A stretch of 63,221 nt of DNA, counting the filler, from Octopus bimaculoides (Eukaryota), in the NCBI RefSeq assembly GCF_001194135.2. It is 5 parts of 4 records of this genome, joined end to end, with 100 filler letters (N's around TTAATTAATTAA, not from the genome) between each part and the next. Parts side by side here need not be neighbours in the genome. Positions count along the whole stretch, not along the records: positions 1 to 10,703 come from NC_069010.1; positions 10,804 to 21,818 come from NC_068989.1; 3 more parts are not named here. One strand, 5' to 3'. Below are positions 1 to 11,140 of the stretch, in pieces. A program made the translations under genes and the position numbers. How positions within the stretch are numbered: the first letter of the stretch is position 1; each line of letters begins with the position of its first letter. The notes beneath the pieces were generated by a model, which saw only the letters and a list, made by a program, of their open reading frames with translations, did no database searches and was not told where the DNA came from.

Positions 1-258
1 AGACACAAACATATAGATACATACACACAGACACACACACACATATATATATGCACATAAACATACACACACATATACACATTCATAAACACACAGACAG
101 ACATGTACATATACACACACACACACACACAAGCATACACACACATACACAAGCATACACACATCTATAACACCTTCATTGTCTGACCCACACTCCCAGT
201 TATAATCACATGACCTCCTGACCTGACCTGATTTTGTGACCTCTTTTTCCTCCCACAG

Positions 259-369
259 CTCTTATTTCGGCCCCTTCTGGAACTACGGGATTCCAGTGAA
301 CGTAACAGAATTGAAGTGACCCTTGGAGAGAAGGCCATCCGTCTGTATCGACAGTTGTACAAAAGCAAG
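259..369 (+). CDS. Internal coding exon of unidentified multi-exon gene ([37 protein letters not shown])
   Basis: Polypyrimidine-AG acceptor (ctctttttcctcccacag), 111 nt, only one open frame (phase 0-0), gtcagt donor; unique sequence among repeats. Confidence 0.7.
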
Positions 370-504
370 GTCAGTTCTCAGGTTCAAACCTCACCCAGCT
401 ACCATAATTCCATTTTTTTTTTCCCCTGTATTTTCATTCTCTTTTACTTGGTTCAGGGAGTTGGATTTTGGTCATACTGAAGCAACACATTAAAATGTAT
501 GTGT

Positions 505-964
505 ATATGTATGTATATGTGTGTGTGTGTGTATCTTTGTGTTTGTCTCCACTACCGCTTGATAACCGGAGTTGGTTTGTTTACATCCCTGTAACTTAGT
601 GGTTCAGCAAAAAAATAGACCAATAGCAGAAGTACCAGAGTTTTTTAAAAAAATGAAGTACTGGGGTCAATTTGGTTTGACTAAAACCCTTCAATGTGAT
701 GCCCCAGCATGGCCACAGTCCAATGACTGAAACAAGCAAAAGATTAAAAAAATGTATATACATAGGTGCAGACGTGTCTGCATGGTAAGTAGCTTGCTTA
801 CCAACCACATGGTTCCGGGTTCAGTTCCAATGTGTGGCACCTTGGGCAAGTGTCTTCTACTATGGCCTCTGGCCGACCAAAGCCTTGTGAGTGGATTTGG
901 TAGATGGAAACTGAAAGAATCCCGTCGTATATATGTGTGTGTGTCTGTGTTTGTCCCCCAACAT
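505..964 (+). mobile_element. tRNA-derived SINE family A: a 3' half followed by a second copy's 5' half
   Basis: tRNA-like head (ggtaagtagcttgcttaccaaccacatggttccgggttcagt), CORE-like ccttgggcaagtgtcttct, tail ccagcatggccacagtcaatgactgaaacaag; homologous to many copies in the window. Confidence 0.8.
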
Positions 965-1947
965 NNNNNNNNNNNNNNNNNNNNNNNNNNNNNNNNNNNN
1001 NNNNNNNNNNNNNNNNNNNNNNNNNNNNNNNNNNNNNNNNNNNNNNNNNNNNNNNNNNNNNNNNNNNNNNNNNNNNNNNNNNNNNNNNNNNNNNNNNNNN
1101 NNNNNNNNNNNNNNNNNNNNNNNNNNNNNNNNNNNNNNNNNNNNNNNNNNNNNNNNNNNNNNNNNNNNNNNNNNNNNNNNNNNNNNNNNNNNNNNNNNNN
1201 NNNNNNNNNNNNNNNNNNNNNNNNNNNNNNNNNNNNNNNNNNNNNNNNNNNNNNNNNNNNNNNNNNNNNNNNNNNNNNNNNNNNNNNNNNNNNNNNNNNN
1301 NNNNNNNNNNNNNNNNNNNNNNNNNNNNNNNNNNNNNNNNNNNNNNNNNNNNNNNNNNNNNNNNNNNNNNNNNNNNNNNNNNNNNNNNNNNNNNNNNNNN
1401 NNNNNNNNNNNNNNNNNNNNNNNNNNNNNNNNNNNNNNNNNNNNNNNNNNNNNNNNNNNNNNNNNNNNNNNNNNNNNNNNNNNNNNNNNNNNNNNNNNNN
1501 NNNNNNNNNNNNNNNNNNNNNNNNNNNNNNNNNNNNNNNNNNNNNNNNNNNNNNNNNNNNNNNNNNNNNNNNNNNNNNNNNNNNNNNNNNNNNNNNNNNN
1601 NNNNNNNNNNNNNNNNNNNNNNNNNNNNNNNNNNNNNNNNNNNNNNNNNNNNNNNNNNNNNNNNNNNNNNNNNNNNNNNNNNNNNNNNNNNNNNNNNNNN
1701 NNNNNNNNNNNNNNNNNNNNNNNNNNNNNNNNNNNNNNNNNNNNNNNNNNNNNNNNNNNNNNNNNNNNTGCATTCACGTTGCCCAAAGTGCAGTGGGACT
1801 GAACCTGAAACCATGTGGTCAGGAAGCAAAATTCTTACCAAACAACCATGCCCGGGCCTTTCTTTTTTTTTAATATACGTTTGGAATTATTCCCTTTGTT
1901 ATTGTTCCCTAAATGTCTCACTGTCCTTGTGTCCATCTCTGTTTTAG

Positions 1948-1997
1948 CACCCAGTGTTGGTCTCATAGTGGACGTGTCTGATGGGATCTACTTCTTG
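1948..1997 (+). CDS. Internal exon, same gene (xPSVGLIVDVSDGIYFL)
   Basis: ctctgttttag acceptor, gtaagt donor, single open frame, phase 1 to 0; the phase implies a missing exon, probably in gap 965-1768. Confidence 0.7.
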
Positions 1998-2127
1998 GTA
2001 AGTAAACCGTTACTACTACTACTACTACTACTACTACCATCACCGCCAACACCATCTTCATTCCCACAATCACCACCACCACCACCACCACTGCCTCACT
2101 CTTTGTCTCTGTTTCTCTTCCCCGCAG

Positions 2128-2184
2128 AGTAAACTGTTGCTGAATAAAAACAGTCAAAGTGCAAAACCAGAAACTGAGAAAAAG
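2128..2184 (+). CDS. Internal exon, same gene (SKLLLNKNSQSAKPETEKK)
   Basis: tttctcttccccgcag acceptor, gtaaaa donor, 57 nt, phase 0-0, compatible with both neighbours. Confidence 0.7.
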
Positions 2185-2264
2185 GTAAAAGTTTTTTTTA
2201 TATTTCTTTTTTTTTTTAATTTCAAGCCAGGCATTTAAATGATGATGATGATGATGATGATACT

Positions 2265-2653
2265 CTTAACTTGTTTCAGTCATTTGACTGCGGCCATGCT
2301 GGAGCACCGCCTTTAGTCGAGCAAATCGACCCCCAGGACTTATTCTTTGTAAGCCTAGTACTTATTATTCTATCGGTCTATTTTGCCGAACTGCTAAGTT
2401 ACGGGGGACGTAAACACACCAGCATCGGTTGTCAAGCGATGTTGGTGGGGACAAACACAGACACACAAACACACACATATACATATATACGACGGGCTTC
2501 TTTCAGTTTCCGTCTACCAAATCCACTCACAAGGCTTTGGTCGGCCCGAGGCTATAGTAGAAGACACTTGCCCAAGGTGCCACGCAGTGGGACTGAACCC
2601 GGAACCATGTGGTTGGTAAGCAAACTACTTACCACACAGCCACTCCTATGCCT
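2265..2653 (-). mobile_element. Near full-length tRNA-derived SINE family A
   Basis: Reverse complement gives head, CORE-like box, internal (CA/TA)n and tail; further pieces at 6130-6246, 21919-22175, 36575-36660, 38345-38595, 59155-59300, 60895-61035, 62950-63140. Confidence 0.85.
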
Positions 2654-2689
2654 ATAAATGTTCTTATATCTTTCTATTTCCTTCTTCAG

Positions 2690-2751
2690 ATCCATAAAGG
2701 GCTCCTCGAAATCTTCCAACCCAGTTTAAAAGGTTTCTTAGACAACCAAGG
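2690..2751 (+). CDS. Internal exon, same gene (IHKGLLEIFQPSLKGFLDNQG)
   Basis: ttccttcttcag acceptor, gtaaga donor, phase 0 to 2. Confidence 0.75.
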
Positions 2752-2785
2752 GTAAGATCCTCTCTTTCTCATTTGTTTTCTATTG

Positions 2786-3525
2786 AGTTGGTGCATAATT
2801 ATTGCAGCTTTCTTTCAATAAATTTTATTCAACAAAAACAAAAACAATATTCAACAAAAGCATCTTTAAATGATGGTCTGACTGTCTGCCAAGCAAATGG
2901 GAAGCAGTAATTGAAGTAGATGGTGAATATGCTCCGGAATAATCATTTAAAGATGTTTTTGTTACGTGTTGTTATTGTTTTTGTTGGNNNNNNNNNNNNN
3001 NNNNNNNNNNNNNNNNNNNNNNNNNNNNNNNNNNNNNNNNNNNNNNNNNNNNNNNNNNNNNNNNNNNNNNNNNNNNNNNNNNNNNNNNNNNNNNNNNNNN
3101 NNNNNNNNNNNNNNNNNNNNNNNNNNNNNNNNNNNNNNNNNNNNNNNNNNNNNNNNNNNNNNNNNNNNNNNNNNNNNNNNNNNNNNNNNNNNNNNNNNNN
3201 NNNTCAACAAAAAACAATAACAATATTTAACAAAAACATCTTTAAATGGCAGGTCTGATCGTCTGCCAAGCAAATGGGAAGCAGTAATTGAAGTAGATGG
3301 TGAATATGCTCCAAAATAATCATTTAAAGATGTTTTTGTTACATGTTATTGTTTATATTGAATAAAATTTTATTCAACAAAAACATCTTTAAATGGCGGG
3401 TCTGATCGTCTGCCAAGCAAATGGGAAGCAGTAATTGAAGTAGATGGTGAATATGCTCCGGAATAATCATTTAAAGATGTTTTTGTTACGTGTTGTTATT
3501 GTTTTTGTTGGATAAAATTTTATTG
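2786..3525. mobile_element. Mariner-derived MITE expanded into a tandem array of foldback units
   Basis: TIR-like ttggtgcataattattgcagcttt resembling mariner TIRs; core encodes a transposase C-terminal remnant (DRLPSKWEAVIEVDGEYAPE*); AT-rich inverted arms. Confidence 0.7.
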
Positions 3526-3639
3526 GATTGGTATATTCATCGTCATTATCATTTCACATCTGCTTTCCATGTTGGCATGGGTTGGATGGTTTGACAGGGG
3601 CTGGCAGGGCTGGAGAGCTGCACCAAGTTCCATTGTTTT

Positions 3640-3830
3640 GGCATGGTTTCTTATTTCTTTACTGCCCAAAAGGGGCTATACACACAGAGGGGACAAACAA
3701 AGACAGACAAATGGATTAAGTCGATTTATATCGACCCCCAGTGCGTAACTGGTACTTATTTAATCGACTCCGAAAGGATGAAAGGCAAAGTCGACCTCGG
3801 CAGAATTTGAACTCAGAACGTAGCGCCAGC
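3640..3830 (-). mobile_element. tRNA-derived SINE family C (gcctttcatcctttcggggtcgat core)
   Basis: Same core at about 7555-7725, 8505-8680, 19085-19195, 25220-25430, 25730-25920, 27345-28480, 41225-41970, 54250-55620, 57180-57370. Confidence 0.8.
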
Positions 3831-4962
3831 TTCCCGTCTTTTGGCATGGTTTCTATGGCTGGACGACCTTCCTAATGCCAACCACTTTACAGCATTAGCA
3901 TCATCATCTTTTAATGTCTTTCTTTTCCATGCTGGCATGGATAGAATGGTTTGACCGGAGCTGGCAAGTCAGAAGATTGCACCAGGCCTCAGTTGTCTGT
4001 TTTAGCTTGGTTTCTATGGCTGGACGACCTTCCTAATGCCAACCACTTTACAGCATTNNNNNNNNNNNNNNNNNNNNNNNNNNNNNNNNNNNNNNNNNNN
4101 NNNNNNNNNNNNNNNNNNNNNNNNNNNNNNNNNNNNNNNNNNNNNNNNNNNNNNNNNNNNNNNNNNNNNNNNNNNNNNNNNNNNNNNNNNNNNNNNNNNN
4201 NNNNNNNNNNNNNNNNNNNNNNNNNNNNNNNNNNNNNNNNNNNNNNNNNNNNNNNNNNNNNNNNNNNNNNNNNNNNNNNNNNNNNNNNNNNNNNNNNNNN
4301 NNNNNNNNNNNNNNNNNNNNNNNNNNNNNNNNNNNNNNNNNNNNNNNNNNNNNNNNNNNNNNNNNNNNNNNNNNNNNNNNNNNNNNNNNNNNNNNNNNNN
4401 NNNNNNNNNNNNNNNNNNNNNNNNNNNNNNNNNNNNNNNNNNNNNNNNNNNNNNNNNNNNNNNNNNNNNNNNNNNNNNNNNNNNNNNNNNNNNNNNNNNN
4501 NNNNNNNNNNNNNNNNNNNNNNNNNNNNNNNNNNNNNNNNNNNNNNNNNNNNNNNNNNNNNNNNNNNNNNNNNNNNNNNNNNNNNNNNNNNNNNNNNNNN
4601 NNNNNNNNNNNNNNNNNNNNNNNNNNNNNNNNNNNNNNNNNNNNNNNNNNNNNNNNNNNNNNNNNNNNNNNNNNNNNNNNNNNNNNNNNNNNNNNNNNNN
4701 NNNNNNNNNNNNNNNNNNNNNNNNNNNNNNNNNNNNNNNNNNNNNNNNNNNNNNNNNNNNNNNNNNNNNNNNNNNNNNNNNNNNNNNNNNNNNNNNNNNN
4801 NNNNNNNNNNNNNNNNNNNNNNNNNNNNNNNNNNNNNNNNNNNNNNNNNNNNNNNNNNNNNNNNGTCAAGGCCTAATAGGAAGCGGTCTGGCTTCCTAGG
4901 GCTAAACAGCAGTAGTATATTCCCTTATTGGGACTGTCACGTTAAGTTGGCAGTATACAACT

Positions 4963-4997
<35 letters not shown>

Positions 4998-5559
4998 AAT
5001 ATATGAGTATATGCATATATATATGTACATATAGATACATAACTGGGTACATGACGTGGCAAAAGAACAAGGACAAAATGGTAAACAAGGTGCAACAAAC
5101 AAGCAGGCCATATAGAAACATCCCCGTCATCAGCTGCCACCATTTAAACAACGGCGTTTCGAAGAATTATATATATATATATATATAAAGCACGATTTAT
5201 TCGTGTATTAAATGAATATGAGAAAGACAGGAGATAAAGCACGATTTATTCGTGTATTAAATGAATATGAGAAAGACAGGAGATAAAGCAGGATTTATTT
5301 GTGATCAGTGTTGTTTGAAAACCGAGGTACTACTTACTGTATTACATTATTATTACAGGATAATCTCAATGCTAAAGGGTTCAACAAATATTACAAGTCA
5401 AATAACCGGTAAATGTACAGTTACCTCCCTTACTACTTGACGAATTTTATTTTGTCCCCCCCCCCCCCCCCCTCCACCGCCTGCCAGGAAGATAAATTCG
5501 ATTTCAACTGGATTCGAAATAATTATGTAGATGTTTCAACGAAATGTTACTGTGAAATA

Positions 5560-5900
5560 TGTGTTTGTATCCCCATAAATACGAGGACCAGGCTATTTGT
5601 CCCCATAGATAAAAGGGCCAGGCCATGTGTCCCCACTAGGTAGAAGAACTAGGTTATGTGTTCCCATAAATAGAAGGGGCAGTGTATGTGTCCCAATAAA
5701 TAGAAGGGTCATCTATGTATCCCCATAGATAGAAGAGCCAGGCTGTATCTCTTTAAATAGAAGGGCCAATCTATGTATTCCTGTAGATAGAAGGATCAGA
5801 CTGTGTCCCCTTAAACAGAAGGGCCGGGTTATGTCCCTTTAAATAAAATGGCCAGTCTATCTCCCCATATATAGAAGGGCTAGACTGCCAGTGTATGACC
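5560..5900. repeat. Degenerate minisatellite of roughly 30-40 bp (atagaagggcca...tgtcccc)
   Basis: About 10 recurrences of agaaggg / tgtccc motifs. Confidence 0.55.
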
Positions 5901-5934
5901 CCTTAAACTCAGTTTTTATTTTTTATTTTTCCAG

Positions 5935-5983
5935 GTACCAGAATTTCTTTTGTTTTTACCAGAACCTCATTGTGAAACTTCCA
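5935..5983 (+). CDS. Internal exon, same gene (YQNFFCFYQNLIVKLP)
   Basis: ttttattttttccag-type acceptor, gtaagt donor, phase 2 to 0, which completes the split Gly codon of the previous exon. Confidence 0.75.
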
Positions 5984-7065
5984 GTAAGTGAATCACTATT
6001 ACTACTACTACTACTACTTCTAAGTACCGGTCAAGTACTGAGGGGGGGGGGGTCAATGTAACCGACTTCTCCCACCCTTCAAAAGCTGCTGTCCTTGTAC
6101 CTGAAACAATTATTCACTTACTCCTTACTCTTTTACTCTTTTACTTGTTTCAGTCATTTGACTGCGGCCATGCTGGAGCACCGCCTTTTAGTCGAGCAAA
6201 TCGACCCCCAGGACTTATTCTTTGTAAGCCTAGTACTTATTCTATCNNNNNNNNNNNNNNNNNNNNNNNNNNNNNNNNNNNNNNNNNNNNNNNNNNNNNN
6301 NNNNNNNNNNNNNNNNNNNNNNNNNNNNNNNNNNNNNNNNNNNNNNNNNNNNNNNNNNNNNNNNNNNNNNNNNNNNNNNNNNNNNNNNNNNNNNNNNNNN
6401 NNNNNNNNNNNNNNNNNNNNNNNNNNNNNNNNNNNNNNNNNNNNNNNNNNNNNNNNNNNNNNNNNNNNNNNNNNNNNNNNNNNNNNNNNNNNNNNNNNNN
6501 NNNNNNNNNNNNNNNNNNNNNNNNNNNNNNNNNNNNNNNNNNNNNNNNNNNNNNNNNNNNNNNNNNNNNNNNNNNNNNNNNNNNNNNNNNNNNNNNNNNN
6601 NNNNNNNNNNNNNNNNNNNNNNNNNNNNNNNNNNNNNNNNNNNNNNNNNNNNNNNNNNNNNNNNNNNNNNNNNNNNNNNNNNNNNNNNNNNNNNNNNNNN
6701 NNNNNNNNNNNNNNNNNNNNNNNNNNNNNNNNNNNNNNNNNNNNNNNNNNNNNNNNNNNNNNNNNNNNNNNNNNNNNNNNNNNNNNNNNNNNNNNNNNNN
6801 NNNNNNNNNNNNNNNNNNNNNNNNNNNNNNNNNNNNNNNNNNNNNNNNNNNNNNNNNNNNNNNNNNNNNNNNNNNNNNNNNNNNNNNNNNNNNNNNNNNN
6901 NNNNNNNNNNNNNNNNNNNNNNNNNNNNNNNNNNNNNNNNNNNNNNNNNNNNNNNNNNNNNNNNNNNNNNNNNNNNNNNNNNNNNNNNNNNNNNNNNNNN
7001 NNNNNNNNNNNNNNNNNNNNNNNNNNNNNNNNNNNNNNNNNNNNNNNNNNNNNNNNNNNNNNNNT

Positions 7066-7320
7066 TTATCGTGTTGAGTCAAAAGTTTTGCAATATTTTG
7101 GTCAACTTATTTGCTTTATTCCGTAAGTTACAACAAAAGTAGCCCAGCATTCAAAGTAGAAGCCATCGTGTGTCACTGTCTGACGCCTCCTTTCTGCCAG
7201 TTTTTGTCCTTTGAGGGGAAGAACTCCTTCACTGACACTTCCACCTCCTTTCAGAAAGTGAGCCACGGATCAGAACAAATGATAATCCACAGGAGCTAGG
7301 TCAAGACTATATGCTGGGAG
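7066..7320 (-). mobile_element. Mariner transposon 3' end fragment
   Basis: TIR tcgtgttgagtcaaaagttttgcaata shared with the element at 22190-23072, plus degenerate transposase C-terminus. Confidence 0.7.
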
Positions 7321-8309
7321 CTGTCTGGACTCCAACTGTCTGTTGTGGCATGGTTTCTACAGCTGGATGCCCTTCCTAATGCCAACCACTTCACAGAATG
7401 TGCTGAGTGCTTTTTACATGTCACCACCGTGGGTGCGTTTATGCAAGACCAGCATGGCTGCATTAACACAGCACCGATTCGATTGCAAAGCTTTTGACTC
7501 TCCTCGATATTATGTGGTGGTGGTGGTCATGCAAATGCATACATACAACCCCACAAGGTGGTGAGCTGGCAGAAACGTTAGCACGCCGGGCGAAATGCTT
7601 TGCGGTATTTCGACTGGCGTTACGTTCTGAGTTCAAGTTCCGCCAAGGTCGACTTTGCCTTTCATCCTTTCGGGGTCGATTAAATAAGTACCAGTTACGC
7701 ACTGGGGTCGATATAAATCGACTTATGGGCAGCAAAGAAATAACATACAACCCCACTTTGTTATATATGTTAGTAAAATAAAAATCCTTTATAAAAATAA
7801 AGGGGGGGCCAACAAAATAGAACACATCCCCTCCAAATTACTGTCCTTGTGTCTTAATTNNNNNNNNNNNNNNNNNNNNNNNNNNNNNNNNNNNNNNNNN
7901 NNNNNNNNNNNNNNNNNNNNNNNNNNNNNNNNNNNNNNNNNNNNNNNNNNNNNNNNNNNNNNNNNNNNNNNNNNNNNNNNNNNNNNNNNNNNNNNNNNNN
8001 NNNNNNNNNNNNNNNNNNNNNNNNNNNNNNNNNNNNNNNNNNNNNNNNNNNNNNNNNNNNNNNNNNNNNNNNNNNNNNNNNNNNNNNNNNNNNNNNNNNN
8101 NNNNNNNNNNNNNNNNNNNNNNNNNNNNNNNNNNNNNNNNNNNNNNNNNNNNNNNNNNNNNNNNNNNNNNNNNNNNNNNNNNNNNNNNNNNNNNNNNNNN
8201 NNNNNNNNNNNNNNNNNNNNNNNNNNNNNNNNNNNNNNNNNNNNNNNNNNNNNNNNNNNNNNNNNNNNNNNNNNNNNNNNNNNNNNNNNNNNNNNNNNNN
8301 NNNNNNNCC

Positions 8310-8510
8310 ACTCACACAAGAGCCAATCCAGGGGCATTGGCAACGATCTCGCTCAAAAATCCTACGAAGGCCAGTCAGGCGGTACTGGCAACGGCCACGC
8401 TCAAAATGGTGCATTTTATGTGCCACCCGCACAAGAGCCAGTCCAGGGGCACTGGCAACGATCTCGCTCGAATATCCTACGAAGGCCAGTCAGGTGGTAC
8501 TGGCATGCTT
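8310..8510 (-). mobile_element. RTE-type LINE 3' UTR fragment with internal repeat
   Basis: Homologous to 51450-51915 and 52388-52575 (gtgccagt/ggcacgtaaaa repeats). Confidence 0.55.
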
Positions 8511-8754
8511 TGCGGAATTTCTTATGGCTCTTTATGTTTTGAGTTTGAATTCCGCTGAGATCAACCTTGCCTTTCAGCCTTTCAGGGTTCGTAAAATTGA
8601 TACCAGTTGCATATTGGGGTCAATGCATTTGACTAGCTCCCTCTCCCTAAAATTGCTGGACTTGTACCAAAAATTTTGGAACAATTATCGTTATTTGAGA
8701 TGGAACCCTGCTATAAGCCCAGGAATTAACATTATCAGTCCAGTAATTAGAATT

Positions 8755-8900
8755 ATTGACCAAGTAATTACCTTGATCAAACTAGTAATTACCATTATCA
8801 AACTAGTAATTACCATTATCATACTAGTAATTACCATTACCAAACTAGTAATTACCATTATCAAACTAGTAATTAACATTATCAATTCACAAATTAACAT
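8755..8900. repeat. 21-bp minisatellite (aaactagtaattaccattatc), about 6-7 copies
   Basis: Direct tandem copies visible; explains the periodic ORFs 8494-8952 and 8691-9044. Confidence 0.9.
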
Positions 8901-8948
8901 TATCAGCTCTTTTTTGACCAATAAATTCTTCTTTCTTTGTTGTTTCAG

Positions 8949-8993
8949 TTGAAAGCTGCCAGATTGTTGTGTTGCATGGTGGACAATAACATG
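8949..8993 (+). CDS. Internal exon, same gene (LKAARLLCCMVDNNM)
   Basis: ttctttctttgttgtttcag acceptor, gtaagt donor, 45 nt, phase 0-0. Confidence 0.7.
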
Positions 8994-9044
8994 GTAAGTG
9001 GCGATGGTCATGGTTGGGTTGTGTGATGCTGATTGTGATAGCAA

Positions 9045-9730
9045 GTGGTGTGATGTAGCACATTTGTGTTGTTGTTTAGCCCCAGGTCAGTTTAGATCCA
9101 GACAGACCTATGATCAGGGATGTTTCAGCAATGACCATCCTGTCTTGTACTCAGGCATAGTGTATCTAGGACTACATTATCTAATGTGTCCTTCCTTGCG
9201 TTGTTCAACCCCAGGTCAATCTTGATCCAGACAGGCTTATGATCAGAGATGTTCCAGTTGTGACCATCCTGTCTTTTATTTGAACATTGTGTATCTAGGA
9301 CTACATTATCTAATGTGCCTTTCCTTGTTGCTGTTTAACCCCAGGTCAGTCCTGGTCCAGCAGACCTCTGATCAGAGATGTTCCAATTGTGACCATCCTG
9401 TCTTTTATTCAGGCATAGTGTATCTAGGACTACATTATCTAATGTATCCTTCCTTGTAGATTTTACTGTTTAACCCCAGGTCAGTCTGAATCCAAAAGCC
9501 AGTAATTGACAGTGTTCCAGCTGTGACCATCCTGTCTTTTATTCAGGCATAGTGTATCTGGGACTACATTATTTAATGTGTCTTTCCTTATGTTGTTTAA
9601 CCCCAGGTCAGCCTTGATCCAGACAGGCTTATGATCAGAGATGTTCCAGTTGTGACCATCCTGTCTTTTATTCAGACATGGTGTATCTGGGACTACATTA
9701 TCTAATGTGTCCTTCCTTGTGTTGTTTAAC
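9045..9730. repeat. About 130-bp tandem array, at least 5 copies, running into a gap
   Basis: ccccaggtca...gactacattatctaatgtgtccttcc recurs at about 9079, 9208, 9339, 9473, 9600. Confidence 0.9.
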
Positions 9731-9844
9731 NNNNNNNNNNNNNNNNNNNNNNNNNNNNNNNNNNNNNNNNNNNNNNNNNNNNNNNNNNNNNNNNNNNNNN
9801 NNNNNNNNNNNNNNNNNNNNNNNNNNNNNNAAGCTTCCTACCGC

Positions 9845-10190
9845 CCAGCCATACGTTGCGCCTATGTTCACCATTCACCTCGTTCATTTACCTCTCTCAC
9901 ATTCTTACGTTGCGCCTATGTTCACCATTCACCCCGTTAATTTACCACTCTCTCACATTCTTACGTTGCGCCTATGTTCACCATTCACCTCGTTAATTTA
10001 CCACTCTCTCACATTCTTACGTTGCGCCTATGTTCACCATTCACCTCGTTCATTTACCTCTCTCTCACATTCTTACGTTGCGCCTATGTTCACCATTCAC
10101 CTCGTTAATTTACCACTCTCTCACATTCTTACGTTGCGCCTATGTTCACCATTAACCTCGTTAATTTGCCACTCTCTCACATCCTTACAA
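9845..10190. repeat. About 55-57-bp tandem array, about 6 copies
   Basis: cttacgttgcgcctatgttcaccattcacctcgttaatttaccactctctcacatt repeated. Confidence 0.9.
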
Positions 10191-10367
10191 ACCCACCTGT
10201 TCCTCTCTCCATATTCCCTCCCTTTTGTTTACCTTCTTGCACACTGACAGTAAATTCTGACACCATCTCCTCTTGCCGTTAGCATACAACGATGTCTCTA
10301 CTACAACCCACCTCATTCGAAGGCTTTGTGTCTGTATTTGAAAAGATTATCATTATTATTATTATTA

Positions 10368-10703
10368 TTGGATTGGTGCATAAATATTGCAGCTTTTTTG
10401 CAACAAATTTTATTCAACAAAAAACAATAACAATATTTAATAAAAACATCTTTAATTGGCGGGTCTGATCGTCTGCCAAGCAAATGGGAAGCAGTAATTG
10501 AAGTAGATGGTGAATATGCTCCGGAATAATCATTTAAAGATGTTTTTGTTACATGTTGTTATTGTTTTTGTTGAATAAAATTTTATTCAACAAAAAACAA
10601 TAACAATATTTAACAAAAACATCTTTAAATGGCGGGTCTGATCGTCTGCCAAGCAAATGGGAAGCAGTAATTGAAGTAGATGGTGAATATGCTCCGAAAT
10701 AAT
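10368..10703. mobile_element. Second mariner-derived foldback tandem array (173-bp unit)
   Basis: Same TIR, arms and core as 2786-3525; cores at about 10460 and 10633. Confidence 0.75.
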
Positions 10704-10803
10704 NNNNNNNNNNNNNNNNNNNNNNNNNNNNNNNNNNNNNNNNNNNNTTAATTAATTAANNNNNNNNNNNNNNNNNNNNNNNNNNNNNNNNNNNNNNNNN
10801 NNN
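10704..10803. other. Artificial scaffold-joining spacer (44N-TTAATTAATTAA-44N)
   Basis: 12-mer with stop codons in all six frames, at 10748-10759, in a symmetric 100-nt spacer. Confidence 0.95.
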
Positions 10804-11140
10804 GTATGAATTCATTGCAAAAATGATACCTCAGATATTACTCCTCATTTCTCATTTAAAATGTTTGTCATTTATAGAACAAATTGGTTGGTAGGATAAT
10901 AGAATTAAGTATGAATTCATTGCAAAAATGATACCTCAGATATTACTCCTCATTTCTCATTTAAAATGTTTGTCATTTATAGAACAAATTGATTGGTAGG
11001 ATAACAGAATTAAGTATGAATTCATTGCAAAAATGATACCTCAGATATTACTCCTCATTTCTCATTTAAAATGTTTGTCATTTATAGAACAAATTGATTG
11101 GTAGGAGAATAGAATTATGGATAAATTCATTGCAAAATTG
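10804..11140. repeat. 105-bp tandem repeat, about 3 copies
   Basis: gtatgaattcattgcaaaaatgatacc at 10804, 10909 and 11014. Confidence 0.9.

Noticed and set aside
5035-5165. CTGATGA on the minus strand here, at 47600-47615, and on the plus strand at 36170
   Set aside because: No correctly placed stem II-GAAA-stem III-NUH-stem I; cannot be folded as a hammerhead
691-8542. Long ORFs of 150-370 aa in the ORF track
   Set aside because: They read through N gaps (poly-X) and their ends are SINE sequence; same for similar ORFs at 14941-15660, 19144-20401, 59620-60282 and 61920-62536
8494-9044. Hydrophobic periodic ORFs (VITIIKL)n
   Set aside because: Translation of a 21-bp intronic minisatellite
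2786-10703. Regularly spaced repeats as possible CRISPR arrays
   Set aside because: Units are fully repeated with no unique spacers, there are no cas genes, and the context is eukaryotic
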